A stretch of 64,000 nt of DNA from Vicugna vicugna. Taxonomy: Eukaryota. The stretch spans positions 1,798,001 through 1,862,000 of the forward strand of contig MU058444.1 in the NCBI GenBank assembly GCA_013265495.1, read 5' to 3'. The position numbers and the translations under genes were made by a program. Below the pieces are notes generated by a model. That model did not search any database, was not told where the DNA came from, and saw only the letters and a list, made by a program, of their open reading frames with translations. This document shows positions 12,406 through 24,292 of this stretch, one piece after another (within the stretch, counting starts at the first letter, position 1; every line of letters starts with the position of its first letter).

Positions 12406-13400
12406 CGAAGTGAGCTTCCTGGGCCGCAGCCTCCGAGAACCTCGGTGCAGCCCGCACAGCCCCCGGCCCCGCGCGCTCGGCGGCACGCCCCGGGGCGCCC
12501 CACGTGTGGACGCCGTGGCCCCTTGCAGAAGTCCGAGGCCGAGGAGGAGGAGCCCAGGGGAGTCAATCGCCGCGCACTCTTCATTCCCGGAGGCCAAACC
12601 CTCCGAGCAGAAATCAGCGCCCAGGGAGGCTCTGGAGATTACATTACCTACCGCCCAGTCACTTTGCAAGACAAATCCTGAGCCCCAGCCGCCGGCCTGA
12701 GCGCGGGCTTTACCTCACGGTTCACCCACCGCCTCCGCGCGCGCGGGGGAAGAAACTGCACCCTCGGGGCTGCAAAATGCAAACTGCGTTTGCGGGAGGG
12801 CCAGCCTGAAGTCCCCTATTTGTCATTCTGGGGGGGACAGAGGAGGAAGAGGAGATGCCTCCGTACCTGGCGCGCGTCCCGGGTCAGGGGTGCCCTCGCA
12901 GCCAATGCGCGCTCCGCGGGGGGCCGGGTGTCCCAGGAGTGACCGGCCGCAGCCCCTGGACCGAACCTGGGCTGGAAGCGAGGCGGCCGCCCTCCCGGAG
13001 CCCGGAGCCCGTCTGCCCGCAGCGGCCGGTGCAGAGCGCGCGGGACGCTCCCGGCCCCTGGAGGCGGAGCTCGAGATAAGGTTCGCGCCCCCACCCGCCC
13101 CCTTTCCGGGGGCCGCGGCCAGAGGGTGGGTTTTGGAACTGGATCCCCAGTGCGAGCTGCGAGGGAACCCGGGTAGAAACATGCTCGGATCACGTCCAGC
13201 CGGGACTGGGGAGAGGCGGGATGAGGCACTCCGGGGAGCTGAAGGGAGAAAGGCCACGCGGAGGTGGCCGGGGCGAGCGCGGAGGGAGGCAGGACCCGCG
13301 AGCCGCACCTGCGCAGATCCAAGGAGGCCCCCTCCCCGACCTCTGGGCGCCGAGGGCAGCCGCCCGGTCCGCCCCGCCGCGGACGGTGGACCTGCCTTGG
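12400..13400 (-). promoter_or_regulatory. CpG-island promoter of a minus-strand gene
   Basis: About 1 kb very GC- and CpG-dense; GC/CACCC boxes (ccccacccgccccc about 13088-13102), AGATAA at 13074-13079; minus-strand donor sites at its left side. Confidence 0.85.
12867..13060 (-). other. Probable non-coding first exon (TSS approximate)
   Basis: Ends at donor gcgccag|gtacgg (GT at 12866-12865); no ATG in the exon; lies just downstream of the GC-box/GATA cluster. Confidence 0.5.
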
Positions 13401-13519
13401 ACCTAAGGTTGTAGCAGCCTGAGGGGAGTTCAAGTTCAAATAGGTGGGCAGGCAGTTCCCTTCGAGAAGTGAGGAGTTACAGGGAAGTCTCCTGGAAGTT
13501 GACTGACTGACTTAAGACC

Positions 13520-14070
13520 ATAAAGGGATGCTCTGCCCCTTTCAGTCCATTCCACACGGAGCATCCAGAAAGCTCTTGAATTTTCATGTGCTTAGACTCC
13601 AGCGTGCTCTGGCTCTGGCTGGCTCTCACCTGTCACTCTCGCCACTTTTCACCAAGTTTCTCCTCCCACCCCCCACCCTGCCCCTAATAGGGCTTTTTGG
13701 CTCTCCTCATCCACACCAGTGGGTTCTAGTATAGTTATTTCTTATGCTTCCAAAGCGCTGTCCCAGACCTCACAGGTGCCTCCGTCTCTTCATTCAGGTC
13801 CCAAGTGTCACTTCCAGAGAGCGCTTCCTGCACGTTCCCTCCAGATGGAACCCCCGCCACCACTCCCATCCCCTGACCCCACTCCGTTTTCAACAGATCA
13901 CTTAACACGACCTGAAACTTGACTCTCTGCTAGCTGTTCTTGTGTCTTGCATCCATCTCAAGGAAAATTCCATGAGGATAGAGGCTTGGTCTTCCTTCTA
14001 GCTTTATCCTCAATATCTGGAATGTAGCAGGTGCTCAGTAAGTATGGGCTGAGTGAATGCATGAACTGAT
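13520..14070 (+). mobile_element. L2 LINE 3' fragment
   Basis: L2 motifs (caggtcccaagtgtcacttccagagag; ccatgaggatagaggc) and tail gtagcaggtgctcagtaagtatgggctgagtgaatgcatgaa. Confidence 0.7.
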
Positions 14071-14660
14071 TTCTCCCCAGGGGGAGAACCTTCACAAAGA
14101 AATGCCTTCCGTCCATAACTGAAGCCTACTGATTTCAGGTCAGATGCAAACCTCTTGGGATAATCACCATTTCCCTCATCTCCCCATTCATTTGTTCACG
14201 TTAGAGTACGTTGTTATGCAAGTGTGTTTTTTTCACCCATCATGTCAATGAAAATGTAATAAGCTGATTTTCTAATATGAAGACATGGAGAACAATAATA
14301 TTTCCTAATAATAGTCTTACTAATGAAGAGAATAGATCCCAATCTCTCAGCAAATGGCCTCTTCCCTACTTTGCAGAGGAAACTGAAGCCTGCCAAAACC
14401 AACTCTGGCCCCAATTGTTTCTGCTTCCCATCCATTAAAATGGACAAAGGGTACCTCCACTTCCGCTCTGTGTACCACCTCCTTCTGTCTCCTTAGGAAC
14501 CACCTTATTGATGATTCCATCTCCTCTTGTATCTTCAACCTCTTCCTCTTAAAGAGTTTATCTGAACACACTCCAGGCTCTTCCATCCCAACTGGTTACA
14601 CGCTTGTGCTCTTACCACTCCCTGAAATGCTCCAGTCAAGTTTGCTAATGATCTCTTATG

Positions 14661-15007
14661 AAGTCACCCCTGGGTTATCTCCAGGGAATTCGTTCCAGGA
14701 CCCCAGCAGATACCAAAATCCACGGATGCTCAAGTCCCTTATGTAGAATGATGTAGTATGTGCATATAACACACTCATATCTTCCCATATACTTTGAATC
14801 ATCTATACATTACCTGTAATACTTAATAATAGGCAAATGCTAAGCAAATAGTTGTAAATGCAATGTAAATGCTATATAGATTTGCCAGCACACAGCAAAT
14901 TCAAGTTTTGCTTTTTGAAACTTTCTGGAATCTTTTTTTCAAATATTTTATGTCCATGGTTAGCTGAATCCAAAGATGCAGAACCCATGGATGCAGAGGG
15001 TTAAATG
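14661..15007 (+). mobile_element. MER2-like Tigger MITE
   Basis: Resembles MER2 (gttccaggacccccagcagataccaaaatccacggatgctcaagtccc ... gcagaacccatggatgcagaggg); followed by TA. Confidence 0.85.
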
Positions 15008-15037
15008 TATCAATGGACCAGGGGTATTTACCAGATT

Positions 15038-15340
15038 CTGATTCAGGATGCTGATCCTGATTCAGGATGTTGGTCCCGATTCTGGATGCTGGTCCTGATT
15101 GAGGATGCTGATCCTGATTCAGGATGTTGGTCCCGATTCTGGATGCTGGTCCTGATTGAGGATGCTGATCCTGATTCAGGATGCTGGTCCTGATTGAGGA
15201 TGCTGATCCTGATTCAGGATGCTGGTCCTGATTGAGGATGTTGGTCCTGATTGAGGATGTTGGTCCTGATTCAGGATGCTGGTCCTGATTCAGGATGCTG
15301 GTACTGATTCAGGGTGCTGGTACTGATTCAGGATGCTGGT
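15038..15340 (+). repeat. Minisatellite, 16 copies of a 19-bp unit
   Basis: Consensus ctgattcaggatgctggtc; units start every 19 bp from 15038 to 15323. Confidence 0.97.
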
Positions 15341-15449
15341 GATGGGGCCTCGGGAGGAGTTTGCAGACACTCTCCTTTAGGTTATCCTAGTACATACGGT
15401 TTGTTAAGAACTGTTGCAAAGACTACATATCAGTTCTTTTTTCCTTAAT

Positions 15450-16155
15450 CTCTCATCAGTTCTTTACCTAGTTAGCCCCTGCCCCATCCCTGACATACGT
15501 TCTTCCCCTGCCCTTATTGGCTCTGTGCCTACCTACTCCTCTCTGCTGCAGGTCCTTCTCTTCTGCTCACCTCTAGGTGCCCATCCCTCAGCCTTCTCTT
15601 CTCCCAGCGAACTCTCCTTGAACCATGTTATCCTTTTGCATGGCTTCACTCTTAACCTGGAAGACATTTTAGGTTCTCAGAGCACGGCCCTCTGACCCCA
15701 CAAAAATGTTAAAAGGCCTTCATCCAGTCCCATGTCTACCTCTCTAACCCAGGTCTCTTTCTCCAACTTTTGGCCAGTATCCCAACTGCCCACTGGACAT
15801 CTTCACTTATGTCAATGACAGGCCGCGGGAATAAAATGTGGTCAAACCTGTGTTTATCATCTTTCTGTCCTTCCAAAACAACCTGTTCCCCTCTCTTTCT
15901 CAAAGGCACCACCATATGTCCAATTGCTCAAGATCAGATTTTGCCAAAGTCCTCTCTAAAGTAAATCTGACCCTCTCCCAATTAAAAAGCTGACATGGTT
16001 CCTACTGCTCTTAAAATCAGGTCTGAACCTCTGAATGGTCTCCAAGACTCTTACCTCTCCACCCTCTAGACTTGCCACTTCCTCCCCATCTCCCCACCCC
16101 CTTATCCTCTGAACACCAGCCATATTGAACTTCTGCTGCCTCAAATCCTCCAAGC
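15450..16155 (+). mobile_element. L2 LINE fragment
   Basis: Pyrimidine-rich L2-like tracts (ccaactgcccactggacatcttcactt; aaaggcaccaccatatgtccaattgctcaag). Confidence 0.6.
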
Positions 16156-16159
16156 CCAC

Positions 16160-16250
16160 ATTTCTAACCTACAAAAGCTGTGATCTCCTATGTGTTGTTT
16201 TACACTTCTGAGTTTGTGGTAACTTGTTACAGAACGAGCAAAAACTAACA
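16160..16250 (+). mobile_element. MaLR (MLT1-type) LTR 3' end
   Basis: tgtgttgttttacacttctgagtttgtggtaacttgttacag...aactaaca. Confidence 0.65.
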
Positions 16251-16252
16251 GT

Positions 16253-18512
16253 ACAAATTGGACAACCTAAAAGAAATGGACAAGTTTCTATAAACATATA
16301 GTCTTCCAAAGCTGAATCAAGAAGAAATAGATAATTTGTATAAACTGATCACTAGAAGTGAAACAGAATGTGTAATTTAAATTTAAAAAGAAAAAAACCT
16401 CCCTGCAAACAAAAGCCCAGGACCAGATGGCTTCGATGGGGAATTCTACCAAATATACAAAGAAGAATTTATATCAACCCTTCTTAAACTCTTCCAAAAG
16501 ACTGAAAAGGAGGGAACACTCCCAAAGTCATTCTATGAAGCCATCATCATCCTGATACCAAAACCCGACAATGACACTACCAATAAAGAAAATTATAGGC
16601 CAATGTCTTTACTAAATATAGATGCAAAATTTTTCAACAAAATATTGGCAAATCAAATCCAACCATACAGAAAAAAGGATCATACACCGCAATCAAGTTG
16701 GATTCATCCCAGGGTCACAAGGATAGTTCAACATACACAAACCAATCAACGTGCTCCACCACAGCAGCAAGAGAAAGGACAAAAACTACATGATGATCTC
16801 AATTGATGCAGAAGAAGCATCTGATAAAATTCAACATCCATTTATGATAAAAACTCTCGCCAAAGTGGGTATAGAGGGACATATCTCAACATAACGAAAG
16901 CTATTTATGACAAGCCCACAGCCAACATAGCGCTCAACAGTGAAAAGCTAAAAGACTTCCTGCTAAAATCTGGAACAAGAAAAGGATGCCCACTCTCACC
17001 ACTTCCATTCAACATGGTATTGGAAGTCCTAGTCACAGCAATCAGATAAGAAAAAGAAATCAAAGATATCCAAACTGGAAGAGAAGAGATAAAATTGTCA
17101 CTATATGCAGTTGTCTGTATATGATACTATAGACAGAAAACCCTACAATTTCTGCACAAAAACTGTGAGGAATGATAAATTCAGTGAAGTAGCAGAATAT
17201 CAGATGAACATGCAGAAATCTGTTGCATTTCTTTACACTAACAATGAAATATCAAAAAAGGAAAGTAAAAAAAAATTCCTTTTTAAATTGCATCAAAAAA
17301 ATTAGAAATAAATCTAATCTAGGAGGTGAAAGACTTATATGCTGAGAACTATAAAACACTGATAAAAGATTATTTATCAATTCAAAGAAGATTATTCAAA
17401 GAAATGGAAAGATATCCCATGCTCTTGGATTGGAAGAATTAATATTGTTAAAATAACCATACTATCCAAAGCAATCTACAGATTTAAAGTGATCACTATC
17501 AAATCACTTAACGACATTTTTCACAGAACAAAAACAAATTTATATGGAACCACAAAAGACTCAGAATTGCCAAAGCAATCCCAAGGAAAAAGAACGAAGC
17601 TGGAGGCATAACCCTCCCAGAGTTCAGACAATACTACAGACTACAGTCATCAAAACTGTGGTATTGGCACAAAAGCAGACATATGGACCAATGGAACAGA
17701 ACAAAGAGCCCAGAAATAAACCCACACACCTACGCTCAATTAATCTTCCACAAAGGAGGCAAGAATACCCAATGGAGAAAAGACAGTCTCTTTGGCAAAC
17801 GGCATTGGGAAAACTGGACAGCTGCATGTAAATCAATGAAGTTCGAACACGCCCTCACATCATACACAAAAATAAACTCAAGATGGCTTAAAGACTTAAA
17901 CATAAGACAAGACACCATAAATCTCCTAGAAGAAAATACAGACAAAACATTCTCTGGCATAAATCACAGCAGTGTTTTCCTAGGTCCGTGTACCAAGGCA
18001 ATAGAAATAAAAGCAAAAATAAACAAATGGATCTAATTAAACTTAACAAGCTTTTGCACAGCAAAGGAAACCATAAACAAAACGAAAAGACAACCTAAGG
18101 ACTGGGGGAAAATATTTGCAAACAGTATGACCAACAAGGGCTTAATTTCCAAAATATACAAATAGCTTATACAACTCAATAACAACAACAAAAAACCCAA
18201 TCAAAAAATGGGTAGAAGACTTAAATAGACATTTCTCCAATGAAGACATACAGGTGGCCAAGAGGCATGTGAAAAAATAGTCAGTGTCAGTAATTATCAA
18301 AGAAATTCAAGTCAAAACTATAAGGAGGTGTCGCCTCACACCAGTCAGAATGGCCATCAGTAAAATGTTCACAAACAATAAATGCTGGAGAGGGTGTGGA
18401 GAAAAGGGAATCTTCCTACACTGTTGGAGGGAATGTAAATTGGTGCGGCCACTATGGAAAACAGTATGGAGGTTCCTTAGAAAACTAAAAATAGGCTAAC
18501 CCTATGATCCAA
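16253..18512 (+). mobile_element. L1 ORF2 fragment (RT to Cys-rich domain), disabled and truncated at both ends
   Basis: Peptides [59 protein letters not shown] split by stops/frameshifts; no 3' UTR or tail. Confidence 0.95.
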
Positions 18513-18767
18513 AAGATCATTCAAAAGATGTTTCATTCTGGTTATCCCAGTGAAGAGGGAAGTCAAGATGTGACTGTCCTCTGTGCTGGAGTCATTTACA
18601 CATGGGCATCTTCCAAAGCAGAAGGAAGATACATTCTTTGTTGGTTAATTAATGATTGAAATGTATCTGAAGTGAAAACATATTCATTACTGGTTTTCTG
18701 TTCAGTTACATTTAAAAATTGGAAATAGAATCCTATCTACAAGAATTCTTAAAGTCCCTGAATTCTT

Positions 18768-18901
18768 TTGTATTTTGCTTTGGTTGGGGAGGTATTTAGG
18801 TTTATTCATTGATTTATTCTTAGAGGAGGTACTGGGGATTGAACCCAGGACCATTTGCATGCTAAGCATGCGCTCTATCACTTGAGCTACACCCTCCCCC
18901 C
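18768..18901 (-). mobile_element. tRNA-Ala-derived camelid-type SINE (Vic-1-like), long form
   Basis: tRNA-like head with A/B boxes, A-rich linker, cctaa(a)tacctcccc tail module; 17-bp TSD aaagtccctga(a/g)ttctt at 18751-18767 and 18904-18920. Confidence 0.9.
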
Positions 18902-19377
18902 AAAAAGTCCCTGAGTTCTTAATTGGTGTGGTTAGTAACACGCTGGTATAGGTAATAAAGAGTTCACTTTCCATTAACTTTGAAGTTAATATATCAATAT
19001 ACAACAAAATAATTGTTTCAAGTTCCAATGAATGTGTGTGTGAGAGAGAGAGAAATATTTGAAGTTATTTAATATATTTTTCTAAATTCTAACAATCCCA
19101 GTTCCTTAATATTTCTTAAAGGTCATATTTTCATTCCCCCGATCATATTCTGGCACTCTTCTGAGATTTCTTCCAGTGCTGCATACATCCCTGAGTAGTA
19201 ATTCAGACGGGAAATTATCAGTGATGACTTGGAGAAGACATCCCACAGTATTCGACTTGCTTTAAAAAAAAATCCTATACTACGTGGCTTCACAGTTCAT
19301 GCCAATCATCCCTAGATGGTTTTTTTTTCTGTCATAATAAGTCATTTATTATCCAACTTGCATTTTTCCCCAGGTAA

Positions 19378-19388
19378 ATGACTCAGCA
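19378..19388 (+). promoter_or_regulatory. Consensus MARE/ARE motif (NF-E2/NRF2/BACH type)
   Basis: ATGACTCAGCA exact match; motif only, function untested. Confidence 0.35.
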
Positions 19389-19649
19389 CTCGGTCTCTTT
19401 AATTTTAATTTTGTTTAATTCAAAATGCTTTTTTATAAAGGCCACTTTGATCATATTTAAGAGATATTTCGTTATATGTCATATGAAAAACTAGGCTGAT
19501 GGATGAAATGATGTCTGTGGTCCCTTTTCCAGATCTAAAGTGCTTGAACCTCTGTTTTCTCTGTGGCAACAGTCAGGTCATAGTTACAATCACATTATAA
19601 CCTGCATTTTTCTTACTTCCCATGTTCTGTAAATCGTAGCTTATTTTTT

Positions 19650-19722
19650 CAATATGTTTTATTGAGGTTTACACAGCTTACAATGTGTCCATTTCTGGTA
19701 ATGCCAGCATAATGCCTCAGTA
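19650..19722 (-). mobile_element. Very short L1 3' tip
   Basis: tttattgaggtttacacagcttacaatgtgtccatttctgg; flanking direct repeat aatc(gt/ac)agcttatttt. Confidence 0.6.
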
Positions 19723-21668
19723 ATCACAGCTTATTTTAATGAACTGTCTTCTAGATTCATCACTTTCTTTTTCAGTTCTGGGTATAAAATCTTTCTTTCC
19801 TAACCTTCCAGACTGATCATTGCCCTTAAAAGGGAGAGTGTCTGTGTATTTAGTGTTTGTATAATTTTGTCTCCGTCTAGCTGCACAGAGCCCTGCGAAG
19901 CTAAATGTACATGCCTTTTTTATTAGATACTATCTCTAGAACTTGCCATCATAAATTAGACCACCTGCCTGCATGACGTCCTGTTGGAAGGAGCAGGGAG
20001 ACAAATCTCCCCTCACCCTCTGCCAAGGTTTCTCCCTGACTAAAAGCATCCTTGGGAAGCCTCCTGGGGCAGCAAAAGGTGGGGGTGAAGCCTTGGCTGG
20101 CTTCATGCGGTTTTCAAAGATGCCAAGTTACTCAAAGGGAGCGGTCCCTCTGCTGGGGCAGTCAGCCGTCTGCCAGAATTCATGTGCGGGTGAGACGTGG
20201 CATCGGCCTCAGCCCTTCCGAAAGCTCAGACTGGATAACGCCTTCAGGGCGGAATTGGGGGAAAGGGCAATGCACCTGCTAAAAACAAGGTTTAAAAAAG
20301 GTCCAGCTCCGTCTCTCACCTCAGCTGGTGCCTGGGATTGGGGGGGGGGTGCCCAGGGGGATCTCCACCCTCTCCCTCCAAACCTGAACAGTGACGATTC
20401 CCGGAGATCTGCTTGGCTCAGCCCAAGGGAAGACCCTCACCCAGGGCTCTCGTCTAGTGATGGATGAACCTGCGCAAGGACGGATGTAGGGCGATACTTC
20501 CACAGTCTCCCTATGATGTTTCTCTGATTTTTTTCCAAAGGAAAAGTTAAGGAGCTCAAGAGTATTTTTAGTAGAGACTAACCCATTAAATCGTTGCTGA
20601 ATAAAGGAATGAGGTCTTCTAGGCGACCACCAGACCAAGTCCAGGCTAAAGTGATTACAGGCAACTCAATGGTCTCATAACACTTTTCAGCCCCAGTCAC
20701 TCTCTCCCTGCTCTTCTTTACAAATCTGGGAATTTAATCCAGGGATGATCTTATAGGGCTTCAGATCCATGTCTCTTTATTCCTGGTGGATACAGGGATG
20801 TGCACAGAGGTGGGAAGTACTCATTTCATGAAGAACAGTGTGTTTTCCCTCCAAATTCTCCTAGAATGCATCTTAATCCCTGCACTTTCTTTCTGGATGA
20901 AAATCTGTTTTGTGTCCAAAAAAGTTTCTTACTTAAAAGCATAGATCTCCCCTACGAATAGAAAAAAATGAAGAGTTTTTAATTAGTGTCCAATTCGATC
21001 TTTGAAAACCTGTCAAGGAAACAGAAACAGGAGGAAGGCACAACTTTCGTGCAGTGTCGAAAGTAAAGCTTGACCAGGAGGAAACTCCAAACGGTATCCT
21101 CCGTGCATAGATTAGTTTCATATTAAGGATGGGTAAACTCTAGACTTAAGGTTTTGAAGCCTACATATCTATTCTCAGACAACCAAGTAACATTAAAATG
21201 AGGGTGACTAAGACCTTTGTACGGGCACAGATACATCCCTCTCAGCCCCACGTGGGAGTGGAACTGACAACGCCTCCCTGTTCAGAGGGTGAGAATAGTT
21301 ATCAGCTCAAGGAGAAATGAGCGTGGGCAGGTGCAGGTGGAATCTGTAATGCTGAGTCTAAAATCAATCATGCAAAATCCAAGTATATTCAAGCAGTCAG
21401 GCAAAGGAGACCTAACCTCAGGTCTACAACTCTGATGAAGCATTAATTTCCCCTAATATCGAGAGCTATTTCTCCATTAAACACTCCTGTTCACAATGAC
21501 TGAGGATGCAGCTTGCACGAGGTCTCACGGCAGGAAGCGTTAAAAGCAGTCAGCGCTGCATTGAAGGGAAGGCTAAAAATTACAAAGCATGAGAAACTTA
21601 CATCCCAGCAAATCCTCACTACTAGCCAAGCTGGACTTGATTAACACTCTGTTTCATTATTAAACTTA

Positions 21669-21792
21669 GGGGGAGGAGAGTAAGACTTAGTGGCAGAGCG
21701 CATGCTTGAGGTCCTGGGTTCAATCCCCAGTACCACCACTAAAAAAATAATAAATAAATAAACCTAATTACCCTCCCACCAAAAAAAAAAAA
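21669..21792 (+). mobile_element. Vic-1-like SINE, long form
   Basis: gcagagcgcatgcttgaggtcctgggttcaatccccagtacc, A-rich linker, cctaattaccctccc, poly(A). Confidence 0.88.
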
Positions 21793-21809
21793 TTGTGTAA
21801 GTCAGGGTA

Positions 21810-22080
21810 GTAAAGAGGAAAATCTTTACAACTCTTGTGTATGTCTGTTGGGAGTAAAATTTCATTTGAGCTTTCTGGAAAGATTTGGTATTACGCATTA
21901 GGAACCTTAAAATATTCATACCTATGGACATAGTAATTCTGTTTTTAAGGAAAATACCCGATAGAATAATTAGAAAAGTAGGCAAAGATTTATGTGCCAA
22001 TGTGTCAGTTAAAACATAATTTATAATGGGCAAAAGAATAGGAAACAAACAAAGCCCCCAGACTGTGAAATGGTTCAACT
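21810..22080 (+). mobile_element. Old L1M ORF2 3' fragment
   Basis: cttaaaatattcatacctatggacatagtaattct...caaagatttatgtg...ggaaacaaac. Confidence 0.6.
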
Positions 22081-22385
22081 CGAGGTCAGCAAACATTTGT
22101 TATAAAGACCCAAAGAGTAGATACTGTAGGCCTTGCAGACGAGGCTGTCTCTGTCTGCTCTGTCCTTATTGTAGGAAAGTGACACAGAAGCACTAAAGAA
22201 GTGGGCATGGCCAGGTCTCAACAAAACTTTACTAATGGACCCTGAATGGTGAATTCATATAATTTTCAAATATCATGATATAGTGTTCTTTTGACTCTTT
22301 CAGCAACTTAAAAATCTAAAAACCATTCTTAGCTCAGATATGGGACAAAAAAAGAGGGGGCATGCCAGATTTGCTGACCACTCAA
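22081..22385 (+). mobile_element. MER58-type hAT-Charlie MITE
   Basis: Termini gaggtcagcaaac...tttgctgacca form an inverted pair; internal aaaaaccattcttagctc. Confidence 0.8.
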
Positions 22386-22882
22386 TTAAGTTACAGTATC
22401 ATCATTAAAATGTTACGTTCATCATTTAATATCAGTCAAAACTACATAGTTGAGAAACAAAGAGAGTCAGAGGTAAAGAGACAGGAGGGGAGGGAAGACA
22501 ATGATAAAAATGCTAAAAGATTTATGGGAGTTTTCTTCTAGATCAAGAGACTGTGGATGATAAGGATGATTTTTCTTTTATTCTTTATTTTTTATATTTT
22601 TGGACTTTTCTACAAGAAGTGTATGTGATTTTATGATTAAAATGATATTTTAAGGACAACTTTTTTTTGGCTAAAAACGTTCATTTTTCCCCCTCATTCT
22701 TTAGACATTACTCAGAGACTTTGGACATTTGGAAATTCTTGACAAAGCTCACACTGTCTTTTAGGAATAACTTTTAAGCAACACCATTTTTTTAAGCAGA
22801 AGCTGACAGTTCATTTACTTTCAGGGGCATATACTTTTTAAGTACTTAGATGTTAGCCCCTAAATCAGTCTGTCTCCCTTAC

Positions 22883-23495
22883 TTTTTTTTAATTGAAGTA
22901 TAGTCAGTTACAATGTGTCAGTTTCTGGTGCACAGCATCATGTCCCAGTCATACATGTACATACATATATTCATTTTCATATTCTTTTTCTTTAAAGGTT
23001 ATTATAAGATACTAAATATAGTTCCCTGTGCTATTCAGAAGAATTTTTTTAATCTAGTTTTATAAATAGTGGTTATCATTTGCAAATCTCAAAATCCGAA
23101 ATTTATCCCTTCCCACTCCCTTTCCCCCAGTAACCATAAGATTGTTTACTATGTCTATGAGTCTGTTTCTGTTTTCTAGATGAGTTTCAGTGGCCTCTTT
23201 TCTTTTTCTTTTTTTTGGTTCCACATATGAGTGACATCATACGGTACTTTTCTTTCTCTTTCTGGCTTACTTCTTAGAGTGACAACCTCCAAGTCAATCC
23301 ATGTTGCTGCATATGGCATTATTTTATTCTTTTTTATGGCTGAGTACTATTCCATTGTATAAATATACCACAGCTTCTTTATCTAGTCATCTGTCGATGG
23401 ACATTTAGGTTGCCTCCATGTCTTGGCTATTGTATATAGTGCTCCTTTGAACATTGGGGTGCATGTATCTTTCTGAATTTGAGTTCCCTCCAGAT
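22883..23495 (-). mobile_element. L1 3' end
   Basis: Poly(T) then reverse L1 3' UTR; translates to QKDTCTPMFKGALYTIAKTWRQPKCPSTDD. Confidence 0.93.
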
Positions 23496-24175
23496 CATTT
23501 CTCTCGCAGCCAGGCACACCCTCCAACCTCTCACCAAGAGCATGCAGCCCTCCCTCCCCCGACTGCACTGTAACACGTCCAAACATCTCCCCTCGCCTGC
23601 ATCCAGCTCAGCATCTCAGATGCACCCTTCCAGCCTCAGAAGCTGGCCATTCAAAGCCCCTCCCCTCCCCTCCAGCTCACTTGTTACTACTGACTTCCCA
23701 TCAGTTCACAAGCAGCCGGTCGCTTCCTGTATCAGTGCTGTGGAGTACACACCAGACAATGTCTCACTCTGTAGGACCTCCAGAAATATCTTCATATTTA
23801 TTTTCAAAGGAAGTTTGGAATCTTCATATCTTAACTCAGTTGAATAATTAGCTGACAGGCAAATTTCAGGCATCCAAGCTGGTATTTCCCAAGCCTGTTT
23901 CACAAACACTTGTCCTATGAGATATTGCCCGGGAGTAAAATATCTGTGTTTAGATCATTTTGAGAGATGCTGTAGACAATATTCCATTTTAGAGACTCAC
24001 AATTTGTATATGCTAATATGAATTTATATATATATATTATATATAATATATATAGACACATATATTTAGGGTTTCGCAAAGTCCAAAAGTAAAGATACCC
24101 ATTTAACGTTCAATTCATTGTATCCTAAACTTATTTTCAGCCTCCCTTCCCCCACTCCCTGCCCTCTGCCCTTTG

Positions 24176-24292
24176 TTTTGTTTTGTTTTTGTTTTATAAG
24201 CTTTACTTATTTATTTTTAATGGAGGTACTGGAGATTGAACCCAGGACCTTGTGCATGCAAAGCACGCACTCTACCACTGAGCTATCCCCTC
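24176..24292 (-). mobile_element. Vic-1-like SINE
   Basis: Reverse tRNA-like head; 14-bp TSD ccctctgccctttg at 24162-24175 and 24293-24306. Confidence 0.9.

Noticed and set aside
12400..13400. Assigning a gene symbol from promoter/intron layout (FHL2, GSDME and ADGRG2 considered)
   Set aside because: The 5' UTR sequences I recall do not match and no coding exon is in the window; left unnamed.
12266..13439. Many overlapping ORFs up to 207 aa in the CpG island
   Set aside because: Pro/Arg/Gly/Ala-rich open frames on both strands are expected from GC content; no recognisable protein.
15038..15340. CRISPR-like array of short palindromic repeats
   Set aside because: Units are head-to-tail with no unique spacers, there are no cas genes, and the context is mammalian.
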